The position numbers and the translations under genes are program-made. Shown here in pieces: positions 28,638 through 38,267 of a stretch of DNA of 51,459 nt. Source of the stretch: Phenylobacterium sp. (GTDB taxonomy: Bacteria; Pseudomonadota; Alphaproteobacteria; Caulobacterales; Caulobacteraceae); the NCBI RefSeq assembly GCF_044371015.1, contig NZ_JBILUK010000001.1, forward strand, positions 1-51,459, written 5' to 3'. Position 1 is the first letter of the stretch, and every line of letters starts with the position of its first letter. The notes beneath the pieces were generated by a model. It saw only the letters and a program-made list of their open reading frames with translations, did no database searches and was not told where the DNA came from.

Positions 28638-29801
28638 ATGGCCCAAGACCTCTATCCCGCCGCTCGCGACCTCCTGGCCCGGCTGGTCGCCTTCGACACC
28701 ACGTCGCGCCACTCGAACCTGGAGCTGATCGCCTGGGTCGAAGGCTATCTCGATGACCTGGGCGCCAAGCATCGCCGGGTGCCCAACGCTGATGGGACCA
28801 AGTCCAACCTGATCGCCACCCTGGGGCCCGATCTTCCTGGCGGCGTGGTGCTCTCCGGCCACACCGACGTGGTGCCTGTGGACGGCCAGCCCTGGACCAC
28901 CGAACCCTTCACCCTGACCGAGCGCGACGGCCGGCTCTATGGGCGCGGGACCTGCGACATGAAGGGCTTTGTCGCCCTGGCGCTGGCGGCGGCGCCGGAG
29001 CTGGCGCGGACCGCCCGGCGACCGGTGCACCTGGCCTTCTCCTACGACGAGGAGATCGGCTGCCTCGGCGCGCCGGCGATGATCGAGGTGATCCGTCGCG
29101 AACTGCCCCTGCCTTCGGTGGTGATCGTCGGCGAGCCCACCCGCATGGAGGCGGTGAACGCCCACAAGGGCATCGCCACCTTCGAAGTGGTGGTGACGGG
29201 TCGCGAGGTCCATTCCAGCCAGACTCATCTGGGCGTCTCCGCAATCATGGAGGCGGTGCGGCTGATGGGATCGCTCAACGCCCTCTCGGCGCGGCTGGAG
29301 GCGGAAGCCGATCCGGCTTCGCCGTTCACGCCGAAGGGACCGACCCTGACCATCGGCCTGGTCTCCGGCGGCACGGCGCACAACATCCTGGCGCGGGAAT
29401 GCCGCTTCATCTTTGACCTGCGTTGCCCGGCGCCGTTGACGCCGGAGGGCGTGATCGCGCCGTTCCTGGCGGAAGCGGAGGCGATGGACCGGGCGCTCAA
29501 GGCCCGGGCGCCCGAGGCCGGGGTGACGGTTCGGATGCGCACCAATGTGCCGCCCTTCGCGCCCGAAAAGGACGGCGCAGCGGAAGTGCTGGCGAGGCGC
29601 CTCGCAGGCGACAACGGCCCGCCCCGCGTGGTGGCCTTCGCCGCCGAGGCCGGTCAGTTTCAGCAGGCGGGCTTCTCCACGGTGATCTGCGGTCCAGGGG
29701 CCATCGACCAGGCCCACCAGCCCGACGAGTTTGTCGAGATCGCCCAGATGCAGCGCGGCGCCAGCTTCATGCGGCGCCTGATCGAGTGGGCGGCGGAGTA
29801 G
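28638..29801 (+). CDS. argE: Acetylornithine deacetylase (M20 family)
   Basis: LSGHTDVVP, YGRGTCDMKG, SYDEEIGC, VGEPT, AHQPDE. Confidence 0.92.
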   Translation: MAQDLYPAARDLLARLVAFDTTSRHSNLELIAWVEGYLDDLGAKHRRVPNADGTKSNLIATLGPDLPGGVVLSGHTDVVPVDGQPWTTEPFTLTERDGRLYGRGTCDMKGFVALALAAAPELARTARRPVHLAFSYDEEIGCLGAPAMIEVIRRELPLPSVVIVGEPTRMEAVNAHKGIATFEVVVTGREVHSSQTHLGVSAIMEAVRLMGSLNALSARLEAEADPASPFTPKGPTLTIGLVSGGTAHNILARECRFIFDLRCPAPLTPEGVIAPFLAEAEAMDRALKARAPEAGVTVRMRTNVPPFAPEKDGAAEVLARRLAGDNGPPRVVAFAAEAGQFQQAGFSTVICGPGAIDQAHQPDEFVEIAQMQRGASFMRRLIEWAAE

Positions 29802-30912
29802 GCGCGTCGGAGCCCCCCTCCGGCGGCTTCGCAGCCCCCTCCCCCGCCGGGTGAGGGGGACCGCCGAAGGCGGTGGAGGGGGAAAGCTTCCGGATGACCG
29901 GCCGACGACCCGACAGGTCCCTCGGGTTCCAGGTCATGGCCCTGGCGATGTCCCAGAAGCTGGCCCGACGGTGGCGGCCGATCTCGCGGCGCTTGGCCAG
30001 CATCTTCGTCGCGCCTGCGAAGGCGGCGCGCACGGCCTTGAGGATCAGGCGGATATGGGGGCGGTTCTCCGCCCGGGCGTAGATCAGCATCAGCGCCAGG
30101 AGATGCAGCGGCACGACCAGCGGCAGCAGCAGGCCCGGCGTGTTCTTGAACAGCACCCAGAAGCGGTTGCGGGTTCCGTGGAACACCGCGAACTCCGACT
30201 TGCGCCCGCCGGTCGACGCCGAGCCGTAGTGATGCACCACGGCGTCCGGAACCAGCAGGGTCGGGTGGCCGGCGAGCTGAAGGCGGTAGCCGAGGTCCAC
30301 ATCCTCGCCGTAGCAGAAGAAGTCCTCGTCGAAGCCGCCGAGAGCCTGAAACAGCGCCCGGTCGATCATCATCGCCGCGCCGCAGGGGCTGAACACCAGG
30401 CCCTCGCGCGCCTGGCCGACATCGAGGTTCAAGTAACCGCCACGATAGGGGATGCCGGTGATGCTCATCACATCGCCCAGGCCGTCCAGCATACCGGGCG
30501 CATCAGCGGCCAGTTGCTTGGAGGTGAAGGCCTGGAGGGTCGGGTGGCGGTCGGCCGCCGCGACGAGCGCCGCCAGCCAGTCGGGCTCGGGCCGCGCATC
30601 GGGGTTCAGCAGCACCAGCCAGCGCCCGCGCGCCAGCCGCGCCGCCTGATTGCCCGCGCCGGCGAAGCCCAGGTTCTCGGTGTTGCGGACAAGCCGCGTC
30701 CAGGGCCGGGCCGCGGCGATCTCCGCGTCACCCGGATCGGGCGAGGCGTTGTCGATGATGAGGGTCTCGAAGTCGCGGAAGGTCTGGGCGGCCAGTCCGT
30801 CCAGGCATTCGGCCAGCGTCGGGCCGGAATTGTAGGCGATCACACAGACGCTGAGGGCCGGCGGCGGCTCTCCGCCCCCCGGGCTCTTGTCATCGCTCGC
30901 CCGCTGCGCCAT
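29767..30912 (-). CDS. GT2 family glycosyltransferase (rhamnosyltransferase-like)
   Basis: IIDNAS, NLGFAGAGN, LLNPD, CGAAMMI, GGFDEDFFCYGED, VHH; divergent from rfbC; the C-terminus runs through a palindromic repeat. Confidence 0.9.
   Translation of the reverse strand: MAQRASDDKSPGGGEPPPALSVCVIAYNSGPTLAECLDGLAAQTFRDFETLIIDNASPDPGDAEIAAARPWTRLVRNTENLGFAGAGNQAARLARGRWLVLLNPDARPEPDWLAALVAAADRHPTLQAFTSKQLAADAPGMLDGLGDVMSITGIPYRGGYLNLDVGQAREGLVFSPCGAAMMIDRALFQALGGFDEDFFCYGEDVDLGYRLQLAGHPTLLVPDAVVHHYGSASTGGRKSEFAVFHGTRNRFWVLFKNTPGLLLPLVVPLHLLALMLIYARAENRPHIRLILKAVRAAFAGATKMLAKRREIGRHRRASFWDIARAMTWNPRDLSGRRPVIRKLSPSTAFGGPPHPAGEGAAKPPEGGSDAPTPPPTRSGAA
29813..29882. repeat. GC-rich palindromic repeat (CCCCCTCC...GGAGGGGG type)
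   Basis: Inverted ends ccccctcc/ggaggggg, internal hairpin accgcc-gaa-ggcggt, and a ccccctc/gaggggg pair. Confidence 0.72.
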
Positions 30913-30945
30913 GCGACGGCCACACCCACGTCCAAACGGATTCCC

Positions 30946-31500
30946 ATGACCACGATCACGCCGCTGGCCATTCCCGATGTGCTGCTTATCACGCCCAAGC
31001 GCCATGGCGATGCGCGCGGCTGGTTCGCCGAGACGTGGAGCGTCAAGGCGCTGGCCGGCACCGTAGCCGACACGGCGTTCGTGCAGGACAATCAGGCCTT
31101 CAGCGCGGCCAAGGGCACGCTGCGCGGCCTCCACTTTCAGCTCGCGCCAAACGCTCAGGGCAAGCTGATCCGGGCGCTCAAGGGGGCGATCTTCGACGTG
31201 GCCGTGGATATCCGCGCCGGCTCGCCGACTTTCGGGAAATGGGTCTCGGCCGAGCTGACGGCCGAGGGGGGCGAGCAGCTCTGGGTCCCGCGCGGCTTCG
31301 CTCACGGCTACTGCACCATCACCGACGACTGCGAGATCTTCTACAAGGTCGACGGTCCCTACGCGCCGCAGAGCGAGGGCGGCGTGATGTGGAACGACCC
31401 CGACCTGGCCATTCCCTGGCCGCTGGCGGGCGAGCCGATCCTCTCCGGCAAGGACCAGGTGCTGCCGCGCCTGAAGGACCTCGGGGCGGTCAGCTTCTAG
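30946..31500 (+). CDS. rfbC: dTDP-4-dehydrorhamnose 3,5-epimerase
   Basis: GDARGWFAE, FVQDN, GTLRGLHFQ, DVAVDIR.GSPTFGKW, VPRGFAHG. Confidence 0.96.
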   Translation: MTTITPLAIPDVLLITPKRHGDARGWFAETWSVKALAGTVADTAFVQDNQAFSAAKGTLRGLHFQLAPNAQGKLIRALKGAIFDVAVDIRAGSPTFGKWVSAELTAEGGEQLWVPRGFAHGYCTITDDCEIFYKVDGPYAPQSEGGVMWNDPDLAIPWPLAGEPILSGKDQVLPRLKDLGAVSF

Positions 31501-31710
31501 GCCCGGGGGCCGGGACGGCGCCGGGCCAATGCCTCGAATAGAACCGATTGGGCCTTCCTGCGCGCGCGGGAGCGCGTGCGCGCGAGCGGTGCGAGCAGCA
31601 GGCATGGGTGGGCGATCCCGGGCGAAGGGGTGAACACGCGCGCGGCCCGTCTGGGCAGGACGTCAGGGCCGGAGTTTCTGCCCGTCGACAGCGCAATTCA
31701 CGGCGAACGA

Positions 31711-31739
31711 AGGGTAGCGCGGGCGAAGGTCCAGGTCAA
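31711..31739 (-). promoter_or_regulatory. Sigma70-type promoter TTGACC-N17-TACCCT
   Basis: -35 at 31739-31734, -10 at 31716-31711, 17-nt spacer whose last two bases are GC. Confidence 0.6.
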
Positions 31740-31754
31740 GAACATTTAGTGAAC
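31740..31754. promoter_or_regulatory. Alphaproteobacterial LexA (SOS) box GAAC-N7-GAAC
   Basis: GAACatttagtGAAC (GTTC-N7-GTTC on the minus strand) with an AT-rich spacer, touching the -35 element. Confidence 0.75.
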
Positions 31755-31893
31755 ATAAGTGTCGGCCTTCTCGCGCCCTGAGCGAAGGTCGGCGAGGTTG
31801 GGGGAGGAGAAGCGCTTGTACCGGCCCCCTCCCTTGACCCAGCGGGCCTGATGGCTGCCGATGGGCAGGGCTTTGGTTCGGATTTTCAGATTC

Positions 31894-33591
31894 ATGCATC
31901 CACCGCCGAACCGCGACGGCAAGGACCGGTTCACACGCTCGGCTGGGCGTCAGCTGCTGATCCTCGCGGCCGGCGCGGTCGTCGGGCTGGCGCTCCTGAT
32001 GCTGGGCCTGTCGTGGGCGTCGAACCTGACCGGCGGCGGGGGCGTCTCCAAGGGAATCGACGCCGCGACGGACACGGTGACCCTTGCGCTGGCGGATGAG
32101 CCGCCGCAGCTCGACAGCACGCGCAGCAACGACACCATCAGCAGCATGGTGCTGGGCCACGTCACCGAGGGCCTGCTGCGCAACGGCGAGGATGGGAAGC
32201 CGGCGCCCGGTGTGGCGGAGCGGTGGGAGATCACCGAGACCGGCGCCACCTTCTGGCTGCGCCCGGATGCGCGCTGGAGCGACGGCAAGGCGGTCACGGC
32301 GCATGACTTCGTGTTCGCCTGGCGCAAGACGGTCGATCCGAAGACGGCCAGCGACAACGTGGCGATGTTCTTCGCCATTCGGAACGCCGAGGCGATCAAC
32401 CGGGGCCTGGCGCCGGTTTCCAGCCTGGGCGTGCGGGCCGAGGGGGATCGGGTCCTGCGGGTCGAGCTCGTGCGGCCCGTCGCCTATTTCGACAAGCTGA
32501 TGATGATCTGGTCGTTCCGGCCGATCCGGGAGGACTTCTACAACGCCATGGGCGGCCGGTACGGCGCCGAGGCCGACACGCTGCTCTACAACGGCCCGTT
32601 CATGATCACCCGCTGGGTGCACGGCGCCGAGCTGCGGATGGAGAAGAACCCTCACTACTGGGCGAAAGATCGGGTGAAGGTGAAGGTTCTCAACTTCGCC
32701 TATTTCACCCGCGACCCGAACACGCTGGTCAACCTCTACAAGGACGGCAAGATCGCGGTGGCCGGCCTCAACCAGGAAAACCTGGACGACGCGATGGTGC
32801 AGCGCTGGCGGATCAATCCGTTCCAGCAGGGCGCGCTGTTCTATTTGCAGTTCAACCAGCGCGAGGGTCGCCCCACGGCCAACCGAAATCTGCGCCGGGC
32901 GATCCAGCTGGTCATCGACCCGGATGAGCTGGTCTATCGCGTGATCCGGACGCCGGGAAACCTGCCGGGCCGCTCGCTGTTTCCGGTCTGGCTGGACGGG
33001 GTCGAGGGCAAGTTCCGGGTGGAGTATCCGGTCCGCCGGGTCGCCCGGGACCCGGTCGAAGCCCGCCGTCTGCTGGCGCTGGCCAAACGGGAGCTGGGGG
33101 TGGAGAGGTTGCCGCCGCTGACCCTGCTGACCGACGACGGGGCGTTGGGCGACAAGCAGTCGGAATACTTCCAGGAGCTTTTCCGGCGTGAGCTCGGCCT
33201 GGAGATCCGCATCGACCAGCAGATCTTCAAGCAGCGGCTGGCCAAGATGGACAGCGGCGACTTCGATATCGTCACCGCCGGCTGGAACCCGGTCTATCCG
33301 GACCCCATGACGCTCGCCGACCTCCTGACCTCGTGGAACCCGAACAACAACGGCCGCTACCGCAATCCGGAACTGGACCGGATGGTGGTCATCGCCCAGA
33401 CCTCAAGCGACGCGCGCGAGCGGATGGACGCCTTCGGCCGGATCCAGGAGATCGTGATCGAGGACGCGCCGATCGTGCCGACCTACGAGGCCGGCTCGGT
33501 CTATGTCGTGGACCCTCGGCTCAGGGGCCTTGTCCGGCGGGTGGCGGGGTTCGATCCGGACTACACGCGGGTCAGCATCGTGGAGGATTAG
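31894..33591 (+). CDS. Oligopeptide ABC transporter substrate-binding protein (OppA/family 5)
   Basis: N-terminal transmembrane anchor, EGLLR, PGVAERW, WSDGKAVTAHDFVFAW, YNGPF, KNPHYW; alternative ATG at 31861. Confidence 0.9.
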   Translation: MHPPPNRDGKDRFTRSAGRQLLILAAGAVVGLALLMLGLSWASNLTGGGGVSKGIDAATDTVTLALADEPPQLDSTRSNDTISSMVLGHVTEGLLRNGEDGKPAPGVAERWEITETGATFWLRPDARWSDGKAVTAHDFVFAWRKTVDPKTASDNVAMFFAIRNAEAINRGLAPVSSLGVRAEGDRVLRVELVRPVAYFDKLMMIWSFRPIREDFYNAMGGRYGAEADTLLYNGPFMITRWVHGAELRMEKNPHYWAKDRVKVKVLNFAYFTRDPNTLVNLYKDGKIAVAGLNQENLDDAMVQRWRINPFQQGALFYLQFNQREGRPTANRNLRRAIQLVIDPDELVYRVIRTPGNLPGRSLFPVWLDGVEGKFRVEYPVRRVARDPVEARRLLALAKRELGVERLPPLTLLTDDGALGDKQSEYFQELFRRELGLEIRIDQQIFKQRLAKMDSGDFDIVTAGWNPVYPDPMTLADLLTSWNPNNNGRYRNPELDRMVVIAQTSSDARERMDAFGRIQEIVIEDAPIVPTYEAGSVYVVDPRLRGLVRRVAGFDPDYTRVSIVED

Positions 33592-33621
33592 GGGGAGTCC
33601 CTGCACCCCGGCCTTGCCACT

Positions 33622-33669
33622 GGGTCTCGGCGCTCCAGCCCGTTGAGCGCGGGCTTCCGGCCGGGATGA
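33622..33669. repeat. Partial REP-like element (right arm only)
   Basis: 44/48 nt identical to 35182-35229, same orientation. Confidence 0.8.
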
Positions 33670-33711
33670 TGCGACGAGGGCCTGAGCCTCTGATCTTGGG
33701 GGAGAGGGGAT

Positions 33712-34494
33712 TCATGCCCCCGTTCGTTCCTTGAAGAACGCGATGACCCGCTGTTCGGCGGCCTTCGTGGGGCCGTCCTCCTTGAGGTGAAGGGTCAGGA
33801 CGGAGTGGGGCGCCATGAAGCTGGGCGCTGCGTCCTTGTCGTCGATCTCAATCGCTTCGAAGCGGTCGCCGAACTCGCGCCGGTAGGTCTCGAAGCGTGC
33901 GTCGGGGACCAGCTTGTCACTGGGGAATCGCAGGCCGATCACCGAAAGGTTCTCGGCCGACATGCGATCACGGGCGCAGGCGATCTCTTCGGTCGAGAGG
34001 CCGATCTGGCCGCCGCCCTTGCGGCCCATCGGCAACGAGGGCTGCGAGAGCACCGGCGCCACCACGCTGGGGTCGGTCATCATGGCCAGCGCGAAGCCGC
34101 CGGTGAAGCACATGCCGACCGCGCCGACACCCTTGCCCCCGCATTCGGCATGGGCCTGACGTGAGAGGGCGCGGAGCCAGTTCACCACCGGGCTCGAGCG
34201 GTCGCCCCGCCAAACGTGGAACTCGCGGCGCATGCAGATGACCCCGAGCGCCGTCGCCAGGGCGTATCTGCGCCCCACCGGCTTGCCCGGTTTCCCGAAC
34301 AGGCTGGGGCAGAAGACGGTCATGCCCGCCTCGGCCACCCGGTCGGCGAAGCGGATCACCAGGGGGTGCAGGCCCGGCATCTCGTGCATGATGACGACGG
34401 CGGGGCCGGTCCCGCGGCGGTAGACCGGGAAGGTCTTGCCGTCGTGGGTGAAGTCGAAACGCGTGTAGTCCTTAAGCGCCGCCTCGTGGTCCAT
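33712..34494 (-). CDS. Dienelactone hydrolase family protein
   Basis: HEMPG, nucleophile motif GMCFTGG, HSVLT. Confidence 0.88.
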   Translation of the reverse strand: MDHEAALKDYTRFDFTHDGKTFPVYRRGTGPAVVIMHEMPGLHPLVIRFADRVAEAGMTVFCPSLFGKPGKPVGRRYALATALGVICMRREFHVWRGDRSSPVVNWLRALSRQAHAECGGKGVGAVGMCFTGGFALAMMTDPSVVAPVLSQPSLPMGRKGGGQIGLSTEEIACARDRMSAENLSVIGLRFPSDKLVPDARFETYRREFGDRFEAIEIDDKDAAPSFMAPHSVLTLHLKEDGPTKAAEQRVIAFFKERTGA

Positions 34495-34532
34495 CTCGTC
34501 CCCTCTTGTCCGAAGGGGAGAGCATAGGATGC

Positions 34533-35054
34533 TCAGCGCCCGATGCGCAGCCGGGAAAGATCGCCGTCATAGCCCGCCAGCCGCCACCGGCCATCGGCGC
34601 CGTGGGCGAAGACCAGGTCGCAGGGCCCGCCCCTCGATGTGGCGGCGCAGACCAGGCCATCGCCGCGCGGGCGCACCAGGGTGGAGATGATCAGCGGCCC
34701 GGGGATCGGCGTGTCGCGGCGATAGCCGTAGGCCTCGGCCAGACCGCGGAACACCTCGGGCCGGATCAGGGCCTCGCCGGCCACGTCGGCGACGGCCGGC
34801 GCCAGGATCGCGGCCAGCACCGCCGGCACGCGGCCGTCCCTTCGGGTCTCGTCCATCAGGCGGGACTGAATCTCGGCCTTCAGCGCCGGGCGGTCGACCA
34901 GGCGGTCGAACATCGCCCGGTCGTTGTCGCGGATGGCGATCAGCAGCGCATGCACATCCGCCGCCGCATCCAGTCGGGGCGCCACGGTGGCGCAGCCGGC
35001 CAGGGCGCTCGAGAGCGCGAGGGTTGCGAGGGTGGCGGCGATCAGGCGGCGCAT
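34533..35054 (-). CDS. DUF2939-like lipoprotein
   Basis: Lipobox LAGC, HALLIAIRDND...FDRLVDRPALK; GGAG Shine-Dalgarno before ATG 35054. Confidence 0.72.
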   Translation of the reverse strand: MRRLIAATLATLALSSALAGCATVAPRLDAAADVHALLIAIRDNDRAMFDRLVDRPALKAEIQSRLMDETRRDGRVPAVLAAILAPAVADVAGEALIRPEVFRGLAEAYGYRRDTPIPGPLIISTLVRPRGDGLVCAATSRGGPCDLVFAHGADGRWRLAGYDGDLSRLRIGR

Positions 35055-35125
35055 GGGCGGTCTCCCGGTGTCAGAGGCCGCGAGGTCGCACAGGTCGGCT
35101 GCATGGGAGATGAACGACATAGGCC

Positions 35126-35230
35126 GTCATCCCGGACGGCCTCAGGCCGATCCGGGACCCAGCCGCAAGACCTGGGATGCCGGGTCCCGGCTCTCGAGCC
35201 CGCTGAGCGCGGGCTTCCGGCCGGGATGAC
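35126..35230. repeat. REP-like palindromic element (GTCATCCCGG...CCGGGATGAC)
   Basis: 10-bp terminal inverted repeats, inner ccgggaccc/gggtcccgg inverted repeat and small hairpins; just downstream of infB. Confidence 0.85.
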
Positions 35231-35243
35231 ATGCTGGCGAGGG

Positions 35244-38183
35244 CTACAGGCTGCGCTTGACCTCTTCGAGGTTGAAGCACTCGATGACGTCGCCGGCCTT
35301 GATGTCCTGGAAGCCCTGGAAGGCCATGCCGCATTCCTGGCCTGACGGCACCTCGTTGACCTCGTCCTTGAAGCGCTTGAGCGTCTGCAACACGCCCAGT
35401 TCGAGCACCACCACGTCCTGGCGGATGATCCGGACCCGCGCCCCCTTGCGGACCACGCCGTCGGTGACCCGGCAGCCTGCGATCCGACCGACCTTCGAGA
35501 TGTCGAAGGCCTGCAGGACCTCGGCATTGCCGAGGAACGTCTCGCGCTGGATCGGCGCCAGCATGCCCGAGAGCACGCCTTTGATGTCGTCCAGCAGGTC
35601 GTAAATGATCGCGTAGTAGCGGATCTCGACGCCTTCGCGCTCGGCCAGGGCCTGGGCCTGCTTCGAGGCGCGGACGTTGAAGCCGAGGATCGCGGCGCCG
35701 GCGCCCTTGGCCAGCATCACATCGCTCTCGCTGATCGCGCCGGCTCCGGACAGGATGATCCGCGCGCGCACCTCGTCGGTGCTGATCTTGTCCAGCGAGC
35801 CGACGATGGCTTCGGTCGAGCCCTGCACGTCGGCCTTGATGACCAGCGGCAGTTCCGAGACCTTCTTGTCGGTGATCTTGGCCATCATCTCGGCCAGGGA
35901 CGCGCCCTGGACCGGTGCGCCGGCCTTCTCGCGCTTCACCCGGATGCGGTAAGCGGTCAGCTCGCGGGCGCGGGCTTCGTTCTCCACCACGGCGAAGGGT
36001 TCGCCCGGATCGGGCGTGCCGTCGAGACCGAGGATTTCCACGGGCACCGAAGGTCCGGCGGCGTCCAGCTGTTCGCCCCGTTCATTCAGCAGCGCGCGGA
36101 CCCGGCCGAAGTTCGCTCCGGCCACAACGATGTCGCCGCGCTTCAGCGTGCCGCGCTTGACCAGCACGGTGGAGACCGCGCCGCGGCCCCGGTCGAGCTT
36201 GGCCTCGATCACCATGCCATCGGCGGTGCGGTCCGGGTTGGCCTTAAGGTCGAGCACCTCGGCCTGCAGCAGGATGTTCTCAATCAGGTCGTCCAGGCCC
36301 ATCTTCTGGGTGGCGGAGACCTCGACCACCTGAGTGTCGCCGCCCAGGCTCTCGACGACGATCTCGTGCTGCAACAGCTCGTTGATCACCCGGGTCGGAT
36401 CGGCGTCGGGTTTGTCGATCTTGTTGATGGCCACGATGATCGGGGCGCCGGCCGCCTTGGCGTGCTGGATGGCCTCAATCGTCTGGGGCATCACGCCGTC
36501 GTCAGCCGCGACCACAAGGATCACGATATCGGTGACATTGGCGCCGCGCATCCGCATGGCCGAGAAGGCCGCGTGGCCGGGCGTGTCGAGGAAGGTGACC
36601 TTCTCGCCGCTTTCCAGCCGCACCTGATAGGCGCCGATATGCTGGGTGATGCCGCCGTGCTCGCCCGACACCACGTCGGTGGAGCGAAGCGCATCCAGCA
36701 GAGAGGTCTTGCCGTGGTCGACGTGGCCCATGACGGTGACCACCGGCGGCCGGCCCTCGAGGTTGTCGTCCTCGTCCTCGCCACCGATGAAGCCTTCTTC
36801 GACGTCGGCTTCTGAGACGCGGCGGACGGTATGTCCGAACTCGGTGGCCACCAGTTCAGCGGTGTCGTTGTCGATCACGTCGTTGATCTTCAGCATCACG
36901 CCCTGACGCATCAGGAACTTGATGATCTCGACGCCCCGGATCGCCATCCGGTTGGCCAGTTCGCTGACCGTGATGACGTCGGGGATGACCACTTCGCGCG
37001 CGGCGCGGACCTGTTCCTGGCTCCCGCCCTTGCGCTTTTCGCGTTCACGCTCGCGGGCCCGGCGGACCGAGGCCAGGCTGCGCATCCGCTCCGCGCCCTC
37101 GGCGTCGCCGGCCACGGTCTGGATGGTCAGGCGGCCCTCGCGGCGGGTCGGCGCGCCCTTGACGCGGCTGATCGCCTTGCCGGGGCCAGCGTCGCGGCGC
37201 CGGTCGTCGTCATCGGGGCGGCGGTCCATGACCGCACCGCCGGGGCGGGGGGCCTGGCGCGTCGCGCGCTGGATCTCGGGGGCCGCCGGCGGAGCTGCGG
37301 GGCCGATGCGCGGGCCGCGCGGACCCGCGCCCGGGCCGCGCGGGCCGGCGCCTGGGGCCGGGCGCGGAGCGAGCGCCGAATAGCGGACCGTGCCGCCTTC
37401 GGGCGGCCTCGGCCCACGGTCGCCTTCGTCGCGGCGCGGCGGGCCGCGATCATCGCGCGGCGGCCGGGGACCATCTGTGCGGGGCGCGCGCTGGCCGAAA
37501 CTGGCGGTCTCAAACCGGCCGCCGCCGGGGCGCTCGCTGCGATCCGGGCGATATGTGGTGGTGGTCGGGCGATCGTCGCGGCGATCGGCCGAGGGCTGGT
37601 AGGTGCGGGTCTGACCCGCCGGGGCCGGGGCCGGGCGCGCTGCCGGCATCGGCGGCGCGGGCGCCTGGACGGCGACCGGCGCGGGGGCGGGTGCTGGCGG
37701 AGCGATCGGCGCTTCTGGAACGGGAGCGGGAGCGGCGACGACCGGCGGCGGGGCGGCCCGGGCCGCAGCCTGGGCCTGCGCAGCGGCCTGGGCGGCGCGG
37801 GCGGCTTCGGCCTCGGCGCGGGCGCGTTCCTCGCGGGCGCGGCGTTCAGCCTCTTCCTGGGTCTGGCGGGCGCGAGCGGCTTCGATCACCCGCTGGCGCG
37901 CGGCGCGCTCCTCCGCGGACAATCCATCGTTCGGGGCGGCCGGCCGGGCGCCCGGCGGCGGCGCGGCGGGGCGCGGCGGTTCGAAAACGCGGCGCTCAGC
38001 GGCGGACGGCGCGGCCAGATTGCCGCCGACCGGCGCATGCGTGCGCACACGCTTGGTCTCCACGACCACGGTCTTGGTGCGGCCGTGGCTGAAGCTCTGC
38101 TTCACCGTTCCCGAGCTGACCGAGCCGCCGGCGCGCGGCTTCAGGGTCAGGGGCTTACGGCCGTTGTTGTCGTCGTCGCTCAT
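35244..38183 (-). CDS. infB: Translation initiation factor IF-2
   Basis: [45 protein letters not shown]. Confidence 0.99.
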   Translation of the reverse strand: MSDDDNNGRKPLTLKPRAGGSVSSGTVKQSFSHGRTKTVVVETKRVRTHAPVGGNLAAPSAAERRVFEPPRPAAPPPGARPAAPNDGLSAEERAARQRVIEAARARQTQEEAERRAREERARAEAEAARAAQAAAQAQAAARAAPPPVVAAPAPVPEAPIAPPAPAPAPVAVQAPAPPMPAARPAPAPAGQTRTYQPSADRRDDRPTTTTYRPDRSERPGGGRFETASFGQRAPRTDGPRPPRDDRGPPRRDEGDRGPRPPEGGTVRYSALAPRPAPGAGPRGPGAGPRGPRIGPAAPPAAPEIQRATRQAPRPGGAVMDRRPDDDDRRRDAGPGKAISRVKGAPTRREGRLTIQTVAGDAEGAERMRSLASVRRAREREREKRKGGSQEQVRAAREVVIPDVITVSELANRMAIRGVEIIKFLMRQGVMLKINDVIDNDTAELVATEFGHTVRRVSEADVEEGFIGGEDEDDNLEGRPPVVTVMGHVDHGKTSLLDALRSTDVVSGEHGGITQHIGAYQVRLESGEKVTFLDTPGHAAFSAMRMRGANVTDIVILVVAADDGVMPQTIEAIQHAKAAGAPIIVAINKIDKPDADPTRVINELLQHEIVVESLGGDTQVVEVSATQKMGLDDLIENILLQAEVLDLKANPDRTADGMVIEAKLDRGRGAVSTVLVKRGTLKRGDIVVAGANFGRVRALLNERGEQLDAAGPSVPVEILGLDGTPDPGEPFAVVENEARARELTAYRIRVKREKAGAPVQGASLAEMMAKITDKKVSELPLVIKADVQGSTEAIVGSLDKISTDEVRARIILSGAGAISESDVMLAKGAGAAILGFNVRASKQAQALAEREGVEIRYYAIIYDLLDDIKGVLSGMLAPIQRETFLGNAEVLQAFDISKVGRIAGCRVTDGVVRKGARVRIIRQDVVVLELGVLQTLKRFKDEVNEVPSGQECGMAFQGFQDIKAGDVIECFNLEEVKRSL

Positions 38184-38267
38184 GCGCTCGCTTTACTCAC
38201 CGCCGGGCGGACCCCGGCTCAAGATCTCAATTCGTATCGCCCCTCAAACGACCATGGGCGGAAAGCC

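Noticed and set aside
27771-29717. N-terminal 649 codons of the 816-aa minus-strand ORF
   Set aside because: Antisense to cenR and argE; only the part from GTG 27770 resembles a real protein
29851-30945. N-terminal extension of the 549-aa ORF that ends in rfbC
   Set aside because: Antisense to the GT2 gene; RfbC similarity begins at ATG 30946, so this is not a fusion
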